Shown in pieces: positions 1 through 11,007 of a DNA stretch of 64,000 bases. Each line of letters begins with the position of its first letter. The stretch's first letter is position 1. The notes beneath the pieces are model-generated. The model worked only from the letters and a program-made list of their open reading frames with translations. It searched no databases and was not told where the DNA came from. The position numbers were made by a program, and so were the translations under genes. Origin of the DNA: Nitrosopumilus sp. (GTDB lineage: Archaea; Thermoproteota; Nitrososphaeria; Nitrososphaerales; Nitrosopumilaceae); contig OZ245040.1 of the NCBI GenBank assembly GCA_965224195.1, positions 1,312,001 to 1,376,000 of the forward strand, written 5' to 3'.

Positions 1-305
1 AGTACATGAAAAACATTAGAATTCTGCCTTTGAAGGACAAGTCAAACTTGTGTCCTGCACCAATGTCCCTTTCTCTGTTTTTGGACAGTCCCTTTTGTTC
101 TGCAGTTTTGCAATTTTTCTTTATTTCCTTGTATGGGGAATCAAACTGTGGAACGGTTAGTCCTGCTATTGGCAGGAATTGCTTTGGTTTTTTTGCCAGT
201 TTGTGCAATTAAACATGAATTGAAAATAATTCAGCCTTAGCTTTGGATCTTATGATTAGAAAATGTTGAGATTATGCTCAAATTGGACTAATTGCACAAC
301 TCATC
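1..305 (-). mobile_element. End of an IS5-family (ISL2-group-like) element, cut by the window edge
   Basis: Near-identical to about 52426-52731; ends in TAATTGCACAACTCATC followed by TA. Confidence 0.9.
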
Positions 306-349
306 TAATATGGATCAAAACTCAATAATTTTTTGAAATTTCTGTGAAC

Positions 350-634
350 TTAAGCGTATTGGAGTTTAGATTTTATGCTATTTTTTTTCCAGTCTTTCCA
401 TCTACTGTTGAATTCTATCTCTTCTTTTCGTTCTATAATCTTTCGCCGATTCATTTCCAGTTGTTTCATCTTTTTTTGTAGATCGTCCCATTTTTCTTTA
501 ATTTCTGCTCTAAGTGTGGGATCTTTTGTACTGCGGTATTCATGTTTTAGAACTGTCCATTGTTTAGTAACATCATCTATTTCATAATTTGCTGCTATCA
601 ATTCCTTTGATACTTCCACGATTGGTTCATCCAT
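350..634 (-). CDS. Hypothetical coiled-coil protein
   Basis: 94-aa ORF, K/E-rich, ATG start. Confidence 0.7.
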   Translation of the reverse strand: MDEPIVEVSKELIAANYEIDDVTKQWTVLKHEYRSTKDPTLRAEIKEKWDDLQKKMKQLEMNRRKIIERKEEIEFNSRWKDWKKNSIKSKLQYA

Positions 635-916
635 TGATTACTATTCACTGATTTCTAAACTTAAGCCTATTGATAATTTTCCATTTTTGGAATTTAAAAA
701 ATGAATATGTTGTTAACTATTGGTTTGTGGTAATTAAAAAGAGAAGATTATTTCTCTGAATATTCTATATTGTTCTATGATGACTGAGAAAGAAATTCAA
801 ATGTTGAAAAAAGAATTACTTGGGAAAATAAATACTAAAGACAGTTCCTACTATGGGCTGTCTCTAGAAAATTTAGTTCTTAAAAATTAATTTTTTGAAA
901 CCAAAATTAGTTTAAA

Positions 917-980
917 CTAATTAGAAGAAGCTAATTAGAAGAAGCTAATTAGAAGAAGCTAATTAGAAGAAGCTAATTAG
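917..980. repeat. Tandem repeat of 14-bp CTAATTAGAAGAAG, 4 full copies plus a partial copy
   Basis: Directly visible; each unit contains the palindrome CTAATTAG. Confidence 0.95.
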
Positions 981-1030
981 GTGGCTCTAATTTTCCTAGT
1001 GTTTAAATCCATTAATGTGTATAGTATTCC

Positions 1031-1204
1031 ATGAAACAAGATTCATGCAGACGATGTGGTAACGAATTGGAAGTTAACAAGAAATGTGATATTTGTAACA
1101 AAGAAAATCAACTCTATTGTCATGAATGTGGTTGTGTAACTATAGAACAAATTCATTTTGAATGCATGATGACTAGTATTGAAAAAACTTCTATTGTAAA
1201 TTAA
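1031..1204 (+). CDS. Small Cys-rich zinc-ribbon protein (57 aa)
   Basis: Manual translation MKQDSCRRCG...CDIC...CHECG, three CxxC motifs; below the ORF-track cutoff. Confidence 0.75.
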   Translation: MKQDSCRRCGNELEVNKKCDICNKENQLYCHECGCVTIEQIHFECMMTSIEKTSIVN

Positions 1205-1237
1205 ATAACACAAAAATAAATTATATTAAAAGTAATA

Positions 1238-1588
1238 TTATTCATTCCAAATTGCTTGAGTTTTAAGCCAGGCAATCAAATCCTTGTAGAGTTTACTTTT
1301 TTGCATATTTAGTACTCCGATTTCTAAATTGGTTGATGACTTTACTGTCTTTGTATAGTTATCATAAATTGCAAAAATTATCTTATCTAGAAACATTTCA
1401 TTTTGCATCTCTTTTTTTGCCAATTCTTCAGATTCAGTCATTGCAAAGCTTGCAAATAACACACCGTCTACCCAGTATGCGTTTGCTGCATCTAATGATG
1501 ACATCATGCCTATTAGATCATCGGGATTCAGCTTTATCATGTCTCTAACGTAGATTTTGTCATATGGTTTATGGACAAATTCTGTCAT
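1238..1588 (-). CDS. Conserved archaeal hypothetical protein
   Basis: 116-aa ORF with YWVDGVLF motif. Confidence 0.75.
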   Translation of the reverse strand: MTEFVHKPYDKIYVRDMIKLNPDDLIGMMSSLDAANAYWVDGVLFASFAMTESEELAKKEMQNEMFLDKIIFAIYDNYTKTVKSSTNLEIGVLNMQKSKLYKDLIAWLKTQAIWNE

Positions 1589-1658
1589 GACGTTTCCTTT
1601 TTGTTTGGTTTAAAGAACATTTTGGAAATTTTATAACTAGTTTTTTTGAAATAATGTC

Positions 1659-1883
1659 ATGAGTAATGATGAACCTTCAGAACCTGAAATGTTTGTGACA
1701 GAATTTCCAAAGAAAGGTTTTGGAATTGTTGATTATCTTCAAGGTAGAGTACATTTCTCCTTAATGGATCAGATGAAATTAATGCATAAATCTGGAATGA
1801 GCCAAGAGGAAATTAAAAAGACATTGCTTGCTAGTGTTACTGAAATAATAGATAATTTTGAGCCTGAATCAAAAAGTCCTTGA
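1659..1883 (+). CDS. Hypothetical protein
   Basis: 74-aa ORF, ATG start. Confidence 0.6.
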   Translation: MSNDEPSEPEMFVTEFPKKGFGIVDYLQGRVHFSLMDQMKLMHKSGMSQEEIKKTLLASVTEIIDNFEPESKSP

Positions 1884-2077
1884 GTCTAGTTTTGTAGATT
1901 CGGCCATGATGATTTTGTGACACTGACATGTACAATTAGTATGGGGCATATCATTATCCATTCTGTATTTGCATTCTTTGGTGTGCTCTAACATCATTTT
2001 TTAGCATCTTCTAACATATTATGATATTTTTCATATACTAGAAAAGAGTTGAGTTTTTTTAAAAAATAGTACTAAAT

Positions 2078-2379
2078 TCAAGATTTTGCAATATCATAAT
2101 CTTCTTTACCATTGCCAAATTTCTGTGTAATGATTTTTACTCTGTATTTTTTCCTCTTTGAATATCTTGAGCTAATACAGTTGGTTTACCATTATCATAA
2201 AATTTTGCAACAATCATCTTTCTTGAAGTGTAAAAGTTCTTTATTCCATCAAACTCTTCTTTGGTTTCAATATTTATTTCAATGATCTTTTCTTTGCCCA
2301 CTTTTCTTTCTATATTTTCAATTTTTACAATAGTGAAAACTCCTTTGTCATCTAGTTTTGAAAGTGAGGCTTCGGCCAT
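2078..2379 (-). pseudogene. Hypothetical protein frameshifted at an A6 run
   Basis: ORF 2137-2379 continues in another frame as YRVKIITQKFGNGKEDYDIAKS* if one A is added at 2147-2152. Confidence 0.6.
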
Positions 2380-2532
2380 ATTTCACTTCTCATCTTGTCC
2401 ATCAGTATTGATGTTATCACATTCAGGCATTGACATTGAAATTTGATCATTTTGTTTTATCAAATAATCCAGTGTATTCATGAGTTTTCTATTAAATTTT
2501 TGAACTTAAGCGTATTGTAATTTGGAATTTAA

Positions 2533-2796
2533 TCACTCAAAATCCCATTCCGGAACAAAAACGATTTCATCTCTTCCTAAATCTAGCATGGAAATTGGCA
2601 TATTCTTCGTTAATTTCATGGCTGGTTCATAGCAATTTAGGCTATTACAGTCCAAGCATATCCAACTACCTCCGTCCACATGAGTCATAATCATTTGAAG
2701 ATCATCACTGTTGCAATTGTAACAGATTTCAGGAATTTTATCTAACTGTTTGGCTCTGCAAATTATTAGTCGTCCTGCTTCATCATAATCCGTCAT
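2533..2796 (-). CDS. Zinc-finger-like hypothetical protein
   Basis: CYNC and CLDC motifs. Confidence 0.7.
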   Translation of the reverse strand: MTDYDEAGRLIICRAKQLDKIPEICYNCNSDDLQMIMTHVDGGSWICLDCNSLNCYEPAMKLTKNMPISMLDLGRDEIVFVPEWDFE

Positions 2797-3011
2797 ATGC
2801 TTTCTGTAAAAATTATGAACTTAAATCTTATTTCGATGATTTCTTCAAATCAAAATATTCTACTAATGCATCGCTGAATTCTTTTAATTTTATTTCATCA
2901 AATTTTGATTCTTTAAGATCTTCCCAACTTTTTTCAATATTTTCCTTAAGAACAAAAAGAGTTCGCTTGTCATCACAATGCATGATTGTACAACTGCAAC
3001 TCAGAATTTAT

Positions 3012-3635
3012 CTATATTGTTGATTTTACTGGGGTGGATATTTTCTTTTTTGCAACTTTGACTGCAATTATCCCCATAACTGCCCCGGGAATACTCATTA
3101 GCCCTAAAATCATTCCTAATGTTTCTGAAAATTCTGGTATCAATGAATATCCTGAAACTCCACTGAATACATAAAATTGAATGTAGGCCATACCTACTAG
3201 TGGCATACTGTATACCTAGATGTTCCTCCTACTATTCCTCCTGCAATCTCTTCTCTAAATTTATTGATTTTAATTTTATTTGAAATTATTGCATCTGCAA
3301 CTATTGCTGTAATCAATGCTATGGCAAACCATGGTAAGTAACTCCACAATGCTTCTGCCGGAATTACATTTGCAGTGATATTGAAGAATATCAATAACGC
3401 TACAACACTGCTTGCCCAACCAAAGTTTTTCATAGATTTTGCTGCTCCCCAAAAAACTAATGTACAAAAAAGTGGCATTGTGACTGCAAGGATTATTCTT
3501 GCTACATATGGGTCGGGATTAAGATTCATAGTTTCTCCTCTTGATACTGGCAAAGTGAATTGAAAGATAAATGCGATTACAATAAACCACAATGCTGAAA
3601 ATGATACGACTGTTGCAGGCTTCACAATTTTAAAA
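3012..3635 (-). pseudogene. C-terminal half of a polytopic membrane protein, internally frameshifted near 3200
   Basis: Hydrophobic ORFs 3197-3625 and 3012-3206 abut; the likely N-terminal half lies at 7412-7841 on the opposite strand. Confidence 0.7.
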
Positions 3636-3733
3636 CAATAATCAAAGTAGAATTATTGCCATAGAATAGCTGGATATTGGTAATCGCTAAAGCACTCGAC
3701 ATTGATTACCAATTTTATCTGTGGCCTAAAATT

Positions 3734-3988
3734 TTAATTTGGATGAGAATTTTTCAAATAATTAGATTTTTGTTCATCTGAAAATAAATTTTCATTAAAT
3801 GAGATTAATTTCAAAGCATTTTGAAATGCAGGACATTCACAATCTACAGAAAAGAGTTCTTCACATTTTGGACAATGGATAACAGTATGATTTCCCCAAT
3901 CACATTCAATATCATCAATAATTTCAAAAATAACATCTTCATTGCAGATACAGTGTAAATTGTTTTGAAATTTATCATTAATAGACAT
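3734..3988 (-). CDS. Cys-rich hypothetical protein
   Basis: HCIC, CPKC and CECP motifs. Confidence 0.7.
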   Translation of the reverse strand: MSINDKFQNNLHCICNEDVIFEIIDDIECDWGNHTVIHCPKCEELFSVDCECPAFQNALKLISFNENLFSDEQKSNYLKNSHPN

Positions 3989-4048
3989 ACTAGACTATTT
4001 AGAAAATCAAATATAATTTAATAACCATAAAGTTTTGATAAATTTGAC

Positions 4049-4252
4049 TTGACTGAATGCCCTACGTGTAAACTTGCAATGGAGTCACATTCTACAGAAG
4101 AATTAATGGAATGTTGTATGAAGCAAGTAGGTGATGAATTTTCTGAGGAACAATCAGGCATCTGTCCCAATTGTAAACATGATATTAAAAAACATTCAAG
4201 CAAAGAACTTGCAGAATGCACCATAGAATTTCTCAAATCAGGAATAAACTAG
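4049..4252 (+). CDS. Small protein with two tandem CPxC...HS..EL.EC zinc-binding repeats
   Basis: CPTCK..HSTEELMEC and CPNCK..HSSKELAEC. Confidence 0.75.
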   Translation: MTECPTCKLAMESHSTEELMECCMKQVGDEFSEEQSGICPNCKHDIKKHSSKELAECTIEFLKSGIN

Positions 4253-4293
4253 GTCAAGATAAGATTAAACAGAAGAAAAAAACATGAAATTTA

Positions 4294-4881
4294 TTGGATC
4301 AGACTACTAGAAAATTAATTCAAGATTATTCGCCAATGTGGACTAACAAACAGATTTGGGAATTTGAGCAATTAAATGAAGAATTAACTTTTGATACAGT
4401 CTATGCAGAACGAAATAATTTTGAATCATGGAATTCAAAAATGGCAAATCAAGATACATTCATTCGAGATGTCATGGTTAGAACATTTGATAATTTCTTA
4501 GATGGATACGAGTTGTGGATTTCAAACAAAAACCAAGAAAAAATAGACTCAAAATATGTGGCTTATCTCATGTCAGTTATGGCAGATATCATGATAGAAG
4601 AAGAAATTTGCCTTAATTTTAGAATTGAAAATGATTCCTTAGTGGTTGTAATAGATGAGAAAGCAGATGTAATTGACTGTAAAGAATTTTTTGAAGAATT
4701 TTATCATTTGGCAACGGGGTTTAATTTTGATACAGATACTGGAATACCAGGCGATGAAACAGAAGCTGAACTATACCTTGTACGATTACAAGAAGAATTT
4801 GATGAAAGAATGCAAAATAAATTAGGAGTGAATTATTTGCCAGGTAACAATGATCCAGATACTCTACATGCAAAGGATTGA
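4294..4881 (+). CDS. Acidic hypothetical protein
   Basis: 195-aa ORF. Confidence 0.7.
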   Translation: MDQTTRKLIQDYSPMWTNKQIWEFEQLNEELTFDTVYAERNNFESWNSKMANQDTFIRDVMVRTFDNFLDGYELWISNKNQEKIDSKYVAYLMSVMADIMIEEEICLNFRIENDSLVVVIDEKADVIDCKEFFEEFYHLATGFNFDTDTGIPGDETEAELYLVRLQEEFDERMQNKLGVNYLPGNNDPDTLHAKD

Positions 4882-4913
4882 TCTAAAATACAAGATGAGG
4901 CTATAGACAGATA

Positions 4914-5270
4914 ATGTCAGAGGGAAAACCATATAGAAATTTCAAAGAGAGAGAGCCTTCTCTAACAACAGAACAAAAAGTAGAAAGTTTTGTAAAGAGG
5001 AATTCTCAAAGTGGGTATTTTACCAAAGTTTCAACCATCTCACACAAATTTGGTGTAACTGAAGACATGGCATGGAGTATTGTGGGAGAATTATTATCCA
5101 GTGGCGCCTTTGAATCAACTCACAATGATTACACAGGTGAGATGAAACTATGTGAAATGGGGAAAATATATTCAATTTTAAATTTGGAACAAAAGAGGAA
5201 AAGAGAAAAATATCGTAATAACAATAAAAAATCTAAAGATAAACCCAAACCAAAAAAAGTAAACTCTTAA
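4914..5270 (+). CDS. Hypothetical protein, possibly winged-helix, with basic tail
   Basis: 118-aa ORF with ISHKFGV..AWSIVGELL helix-turn-helix-like pattern. Confidence 0.65.
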   Translation: MSEGKPYRNFKEREPSLTTEQKVESFVKRNSQSGYFTKVSTISHKFGVTEDMAWSIVGELLSSGAFESTHNDYTGEMKLCEMGKIYSILNLEQKRKREKYRNNNKKSKDKPKPKKVNS

Positions 5271-5370
5271 TTCTAAATTAATTATATAAAATCATGGATG
5301 ATGAAAATTTACCAGTACAATGTCATCCTGCAATAAAATCAAAAAAGAAAAAACCAAAAGAGGAAAAAAA

Positions 5371-5517
5371 ATGATACAATGTAAATTATGTGGAACACCA
5401 TTAGGAAAAGAGCCAACTACCGAAGAATTAGAAACTCATTGGAAGAAACATCATAATTGGCATTGAGAATCAAACAAAGATAAAACACCTCAAGATGCAT
5501 TATTGAAAAAGAGATAA
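5371..5517 (+). pseudogene. Small C2H2-like zinc-finger protein with in-frame TGA
   Basis: MIQCKYCG...HWKKHHNWH*ESNKDK; TGA at 5464-5466 probably replaces TGG. Confidence 0.6.
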
Positions 5518-5684
5518 TCAATGTCTTGGAATAGTGGTCATTTATAGCATGTCTAGACCACTAAACGAAGGCGTCATTAATCATTCAGGCTCGAGATATA
5601 AAAGATGAATTGAACATTTTTCAAACATTTGTTTAATGAAATAAAAATAACGAAACTAATTTTTAGAATATAACTATCTGAAAA

Positions 5685-5909
5685 TTAAGCATCCCATGAC
5701 TTGGTGTTTGTTCTTTTGAATTTACCTTTATCTCGTTTGGAATGTTTTGCTTTGTAATTTAGTAGAAATATACCGCTGACAAAACCAATACCAGTAATTA
5801 CTAAAAGTGGCATAATTGTCTCTTTTGGCAAACTATCCAAGCTTACAGTAATAATTCCAATAATGGCTGAAGCAATTATCAAAGCTAACCCCGTACGCCG
5901 ATTATTCAA
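5685..5909 (-). CDS. Small two-helix membrane protein
   Basis: Two hydrophobic segments and a basic tail. Confidence 0.65.
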   Translation of the reverse strand: MNNRRTGLALIIASAIIGIITVSLDSLPKETIMPLLVITGIGFVSGIFLLNYKAKHSKRDKGKFKRTNTKSWDA

Positions 5910-6079
5910 TACAATAGTAAATTTTCTATGAACTTAAGCTTTAATTGATTATTCATCTCTTTTTTAATTCTACAAGAATTCATTTAGGCATGATTTATTT
6001 TTGTAATTATAATTCACGCATGATGAAAAATTATTTTTAAGCTTATCACTGAGAAAAAACTTACTTTGAATCTGTAATA

Positions 6080-6334
6080 GTGATTTTGTCATTATGGGTC
6101 ATGTCAACAATAGAGGCATATGATATCAAAGCAAAAAAGAAAGTGTCAATGAACAATCCAAAACCATATCTTATGAAAAATGGATCATGGGCACTAAAAG
6201 GAACTAGTTCTGAGACTGGAATTAATCTATTCAAAATTGTCGGAAGACAAAAACCGGTAATTGGCCAGTCAAGATTTGAAGCATTCAAAAATTTGTTTAC
6301 TAGTAGACAATGTGAATGTGAAAAACAGTGCTAG
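6080..6334 (+). CDS. DUF5679-like small protein
   Basis: EAYDIKAKKKVSM.NPK...MKNG.WALKGTS..TG.NLFKIVG pattern; real start probably the ATG at 6101. Confidence 0.65.
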   Translation: MILSLWVMSTIEAYDIKAKKKVSMNNPKPYLMKNGSWALKGTSSETGINLFKIVGRQKPVIGQSRFEAFKNLFTSRQCECEKQC

Positions 6335-6540
6335 ATTGGTTTTTTTTATTTATGCTCAAAGTTAGATACAATTAGGTAGATGGGTATAATTCCACCTAGG
6401 AAACCAAGTTTATCATGTTTTTCCCAATTCCAGCAAGATGTTATTTTTTAAAAGATGACTGTAGATGTGAGTTAGAAATGTGTCATGATGGAGATCATGA
6501 TGTTGAATGTACAGAGTCTTGATAATTAGAAAGCATTAAT

Positions 6541-7032
6541 TTGATTAGTCATCAAATGAGAATCATGTCTTTAGATATTACCTGGAAGAACAACTTTTAC
6601 GGAATTTCTTGGGCATATGAGAAAGATAGATTGGTAGTATCCACAGTTTTTGAGGATAAAAATGAGGCCCTATCCATTGCCAAAGAAATTGAAGATTGGA
6701 GTGACAAATTTACAAGATTAACAATCATTGAGAAAGATAATGATGAATTTGCAATTTGCTGTTATCAGGATCCGCAGATTTCAAAAAATAATAACCATTT
6801 AGGATTGTTTCGTACTGGTATGAGACAAAGTGGAGGATATGAACAAGCAAAACCAATGATTGTGGAAAAACCGCCATTGTTACAAATTGCATATGCTGCA
6901 GATGTCAGAGACATGAATACGTATGAGCAAATTTCACGACTAGTTCCAATGCGAAAATGCAGAATCATCTCAGAGAAAGACTTGAAGAAGCAAGAATACT
7001 ATTACGAAAAAACTGCGAACTCTCAGAATTAA
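6541..7032 (+). CDS. Hypothetical protein
   Basis: 163-aa ORF. Confidence 0.7.
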   Translation: MISHQMRIMSLDITWKNNFYGISWAYEKDRLVVSTVFEDKNEALSIAKEIEDWSDKFTRLTIIEKDNDEFAICCYQDPQISKNNNHLGLFRTGMRQSGGYEQAKPMIVEKPPLLQIAYAADVRDMNTYEQISRLVPMRKCRIISEKDLKKQEYYYEKTANSQN

Positions 7033-7411
7033 GAAAAAGGTGAGATTCAAAAATTCTAGGATTGAATCGTTACCAGGTATGGTCGGGTAACAATAATTAT
7101 CAAATTTGAATATAAGATGTTACTACTCTTTTGTACTGAGAAATTGTACTAAGAAATCGTTCATCTTCGTTAAATAGAAAATTCTGTAATTGTATAATAT
7201 GCAAGATAACAATAATCAACAAAATTGGGAAGAAGTAATTGATCTTTCCTGGCTAGTATCAGACGAATAAATTGTCTGGTAATGTTTGTAGTCCCAACTG
7301 TTGGTGCAAATTAGAAAAATCTAATAATACCGACGAACTGCTTTAGATGATTCTAAAGCATTTATTTTTTAATTCGCAATATTCATAAAGTAATATTTTT
7401 GTGTTTCATAT

Positions 7412-7854
7412 ATGAATAAACCATCAAAATTCATTGTAATTATTCTTCTATTATCATTAGTGGGTAGCGTTTTAGAGATTTGGGGAGGAAGTGGGATATT
7501 ACCAGTCATTTACTGGGAGCCCCTGAAACATTTTTCACACCCCCACATGCAGTATTGTATTCTGGAGTTGGAATTAGTTTGATTGCAGCTATTCTTGTTA
7601 GTATCATATTGTTCAAAGACCGAGAATTACGTAGTTCACCATTATCATTTAGTTTGAAATTAATCATTATTGCTAGTGTTATTCAGATTTTTGCTGGACC
7701 TAGTGATTATGCATGGCATGAGATGTTTGGAACAGACGGATTACTTAGCCCAACACATCTAACTCTAATTACAGGGATATTGATTCAGTCAGTTGGAATT
7801 GTTCTCGGATTAACCAGATTAATTCTACACGATTTTAAAATAAAAAAAGTATGA
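7412..7854 (+). pseudogene. N-terminal half of a polytopic membrane protein (WDITSH...HAVLYSG...HEMFG.DGLLSPTH)
   Basis: ATG at 7412, 1-nt deletion near 7492 (GGS-W-D), truncated after HDFKI. Confidence 0.7.
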
Positions 7855-7946
7855 AAAAGTTGATTTAATTTATTAAAAAATTCAATTGAGCCTGAATCTG
7901 TAAATCTCATCGAAAGTTTTAGGACCCCAATCTGTTTGATTGGTTA

Positions 7947-8846
7947 TTGAAAGCAGTAATTGTAGTAATTGTACTCATGGTGGGTTTTGGATATGCATGG
8001 TATGCAGATTTACTTCCGTTTAACACTGAAACCAGTAAGGGATTATCTCCATCAATTGAAAATCTTCAATAAATATCAAATGTAGTTACATCCAAAGAAC
8101 ATCAAATTATTTACTATTCCTTTGAAGATGTACCTGATGTTCCAGACAAACAAATTCCAATTGACGCATTAAAAAAAGCACTAGATACTTGGGAGGGATA
8201 CAATCCAAATTTAGAATTTATACAATCTAAAAACTCTAACATTGAAATTAACTGGCAAAAATATGCATCATCTACACATACTGGTTTAGCAACATGTAAC
8301 ACTGTTTTGTTTGAAATTTTGAGTCACTGTGTATTGGATATATCCATTGGTACACAAGATTGTAATTCCAATTTTGTTCAAAATGATGAAAATATGGTTG
8401 TAAATATTTTGATGCATGAGATTGGACATGCAATGGGATTAGGTCACACTAGTGAGGAAAACCATTTAATGTATTCTACTGAATCCCCTGAAATTGATTA
8501 TGACACAAAAGGGTACTCTATTCCAGAAATATTTGAAGAATTATACGTTGGACAAAAATTATTGCTATCCAAAGAAAAAGAAATTGAATCTCAAATCAAA
8601 TTATTAGATGGTAAAATTGTTCGTGAAGAATCACAATATGATGAATACTATAAACAGTATGAATTTTATGAAGGAAAGACTCTTCCTCCAAAAGAATTTG
8701 AAAAAGCACAACGAGCTCATGATAAAATAAATGACCAAGCAGAAAAAATAAATGACTTGATTGATCAACAAAATGAATTAATTGTGCAAATCAATGATAT
8801 TTTGAATCAACTTGGCTGTAATCCTAATTTTGAAATTATATCTTAA
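7947..8846 (+). pseudogene. Matrixin-like (M10) zinc metalloprotease with premature TAA
   Basis: HEIGHAMGLGH...LMY metzincin motif; N-terminal transmembrane segment in the same frame upstream of TAA at 8070-8072. Confidence 0.8.
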
Positions 8847-9381
8847 CTATCCAAACAACAAAATTAATCCTACAATTAATGCAGATACTGAAATTCCCAT
8901 CCACACATAAAATTTCTTCATCATGAATTGCTTTAAAATCATCTGAGATTAATAGTTTGGAATTGAGAAAGCAAGCAAATTTGATATCCTATCATCGGCC
9001 CTTTGGGGGTTACAGTAGATACCAAATCCGCAATCATCTTGCTTTCAATATTTGTATTGACTGGTATTTTGAAAAATTCATAAAATTAACCATGTCTTGA
9101 ATTTTAATCAAAAAGGGTTGAAAAAGTGATCCATTATTTCATGTATGGTTGAGCCTGATCTTTTAAAAAATTCATGTATGGATAATTTTGTTCAATTTAT
9201 ACACGCGTTTTCTTTTAGTCTGATCCACTAATCAATAACAGAGTCATCTGTTTGACGGCACCCTACATGCTTAGTCGACCATACTTGGAATTCATTTGCC
9301 GTCAAACATTCCTCTTTTCAAAATCAAATTCATACCTAAAAAATAAAGAATAATTTTATTCTCATAGAAATACAGTCTGGT

Positions 9382-9918
9382 ATGGGTGAAAAATCAACTT
9401 TGGAATGGAATCCTAACTCTACACTCACATGGTCTGATTTTCAAGCAGAATCGAACCCTGCAGTATTTGAAGACAGTCATAGTGTGATAAAATATAGATT
9501 CACTTGGGTTGTGGATTCAGAAAAAATTGATGATGATATTGTTTTCTTGATTAATGGTATTTCCCTCTATGTAGAGTTTCATCCTTTGTTGTCATGGGTG
9601 AGACAATCTGAAGCAAACAAATCATTACTAAATCATGAGCAAGGCAATTTTGACTTGGCTGAACTAGTAAAACGTGAAAATATCGCAAATCTACAAGAAG
9701 AATTTTACAAAAAACATTTTTCAACTCGAGGACAAAATGATGAACAACAAAAACAATTTGCAAAAGAAGATTCTGGTAAAATGATTAATGAACAAGTGGA
9801 AAAATTACAAAATCTCTTTGATGAAAGATCTCAGAAATACCAAAATGAAACAAATTATGGAAAGAATCTTGAGGAACAATCAGGGTATAATTTGGCTTTC
9901 AAGCAATTACACACATAA
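9382..9918 (+). CDS. DUF922-like putative zinc-dependent protease
   Basis: LTWSDFQ, SWV and LLNHEQGNFDLAEL motifs; the second His of HExxH is Asn here. Confidence 0.7.
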   Translation: MGEKSTLEWNPNSTLTWSDFQAESNPAVFEDSHSVIKYRFTWVVDSEKIDDDIVFLINGISLYVEFHPLLSWVRQSEANKSLLNHEQGNFDLAELVKRENIANLQEEFYKKHFSTRGQNDEQQKQFAKEDSGKMINEQVEKLQNLFDERSQKYQNETNYGKNLEEQSGYNLAFKQLHT

Positions 9919-10112
9919 TTTGTCTTGCAGTGTAGTCTGCTTTGTTATATGGAAATAATGCTGTTCTAATTTATGGAAACTGCCAAGTTACCGAAATTTA
10001 AATGAGGTGAATTATCAGAACTTAATTCAGGTCACACTGAAAATGTATGGGGATTACAACAGAAGAAATCTACATCTAGAACTTTTGTATCATATACTGT
10101 ATCTTGGGATGA

Positions 10113-10409
10113 TTAGGTTCTGTGTTCTAAAATTTTATTTTCAGGAACTGAATTAATGTAATTTACTAGGCTTCTATAATATTTCAAATGAAAATTTAAA
10201 TCTCTCATTTCTGTTTGCTTTAATTCTTCTAGTTCTGGACCAAAATCTGTTTTGTTTGTTTCAATATGATTTAATGTATTTTCATTTACTTCAATCATGT
10301 GGAAAAGACTGTGCAATACTTCGCCCTTTGTAAGAGTTCTATCACATGATTTTTGTAGTAATGTTTCAACCCAATCCATATCATTTGTAAAAATAATTCT
10401 TATATCCAC
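10113..10409 (-). CDS. Hypothetical protein
   Basis: 98-aa ORF. Confidence 0.65.
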   Translation of the reverse strand: MDIRIIFTNDMDWVETLLQKSCDRTLTKGEVLHSLFHMIEVNENTLNHIETNKTDFGPELEELKQTEMRDLNFHLKYYRSLVNYINSVPENKILEHRT

Positions 10410-10448
10410 TTCAGAATTTGAAATATTCTGACCTTTGCTCTATTTTTT

Positions 10449-10637
10449 TTAGTCTAGGCTGGAATATCTATTTTTTGATGCCTGTTTTTTCCTTTCCTTG
10501 ATTTCTTGATTTCTTTCATTATCTGAATGAACTTCAACATGGTTGTACAGCTCTTCTTTTGAATCAAACAATTGTTCGCAATAGTAGCACTGGTGCATTG
10601 CTATATTACACATATCTCTGATAAATCCCTTTTCCAA
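10449..10637 (-). CDS. C2H2 zinc-finger protein
   Basis: CYYC..F...EELYNHVEVH; likely start at MHQ. Confidence 0.7.
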   Translation of the reverse strand: MEKGFIRDMCNIAMHQCYYCEQLFDSKEELYNHVEVHSDNERNQEIKERKKQASKNRYSSLD

Positions 10638-10685
10638 TTAAATACATAATTTATTCATAAATTGAATATATTTGGTAAAAATTTT

Positions 10686-10949
10686 AAAAATAATATGGAT
10701 GATAATCCGTTTTAGATTATCTTCTCTAACTTTTTGTGCTATATCGCCAAATGGATCTGCATGTCATTGTTCTTTGTTTAAGTCAGCTCCCAAAACTCCT
10801 GTTTTTGGTAATAGTCCTTGCTCTGCTACTTAAGATAAAACAGCATCTTCTGGAATGCAGTTCTTTTGGTTTTTAGTACCGTATGCAATTGCTCCTACCA
10901 TTACTACAACAGCTACGGCGATTGCAACATAAATTAATACGTTTGACAT
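10686..10949 (-). pseudogene. Small membrane-anchored protein with two in-frame stops
   Basis: MSNVLIYVAIAVAVVVMVGAIAY...VLS*VAEQ...KEQ*HADPFGDIAQKVRE. Confidence 0.55.
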
Positions 10950-11007
10950 GCAAATAATTGGTAATTTTTTATATTAATGAAGTAAGATTATATTGCAATG
11001 TAATTAT

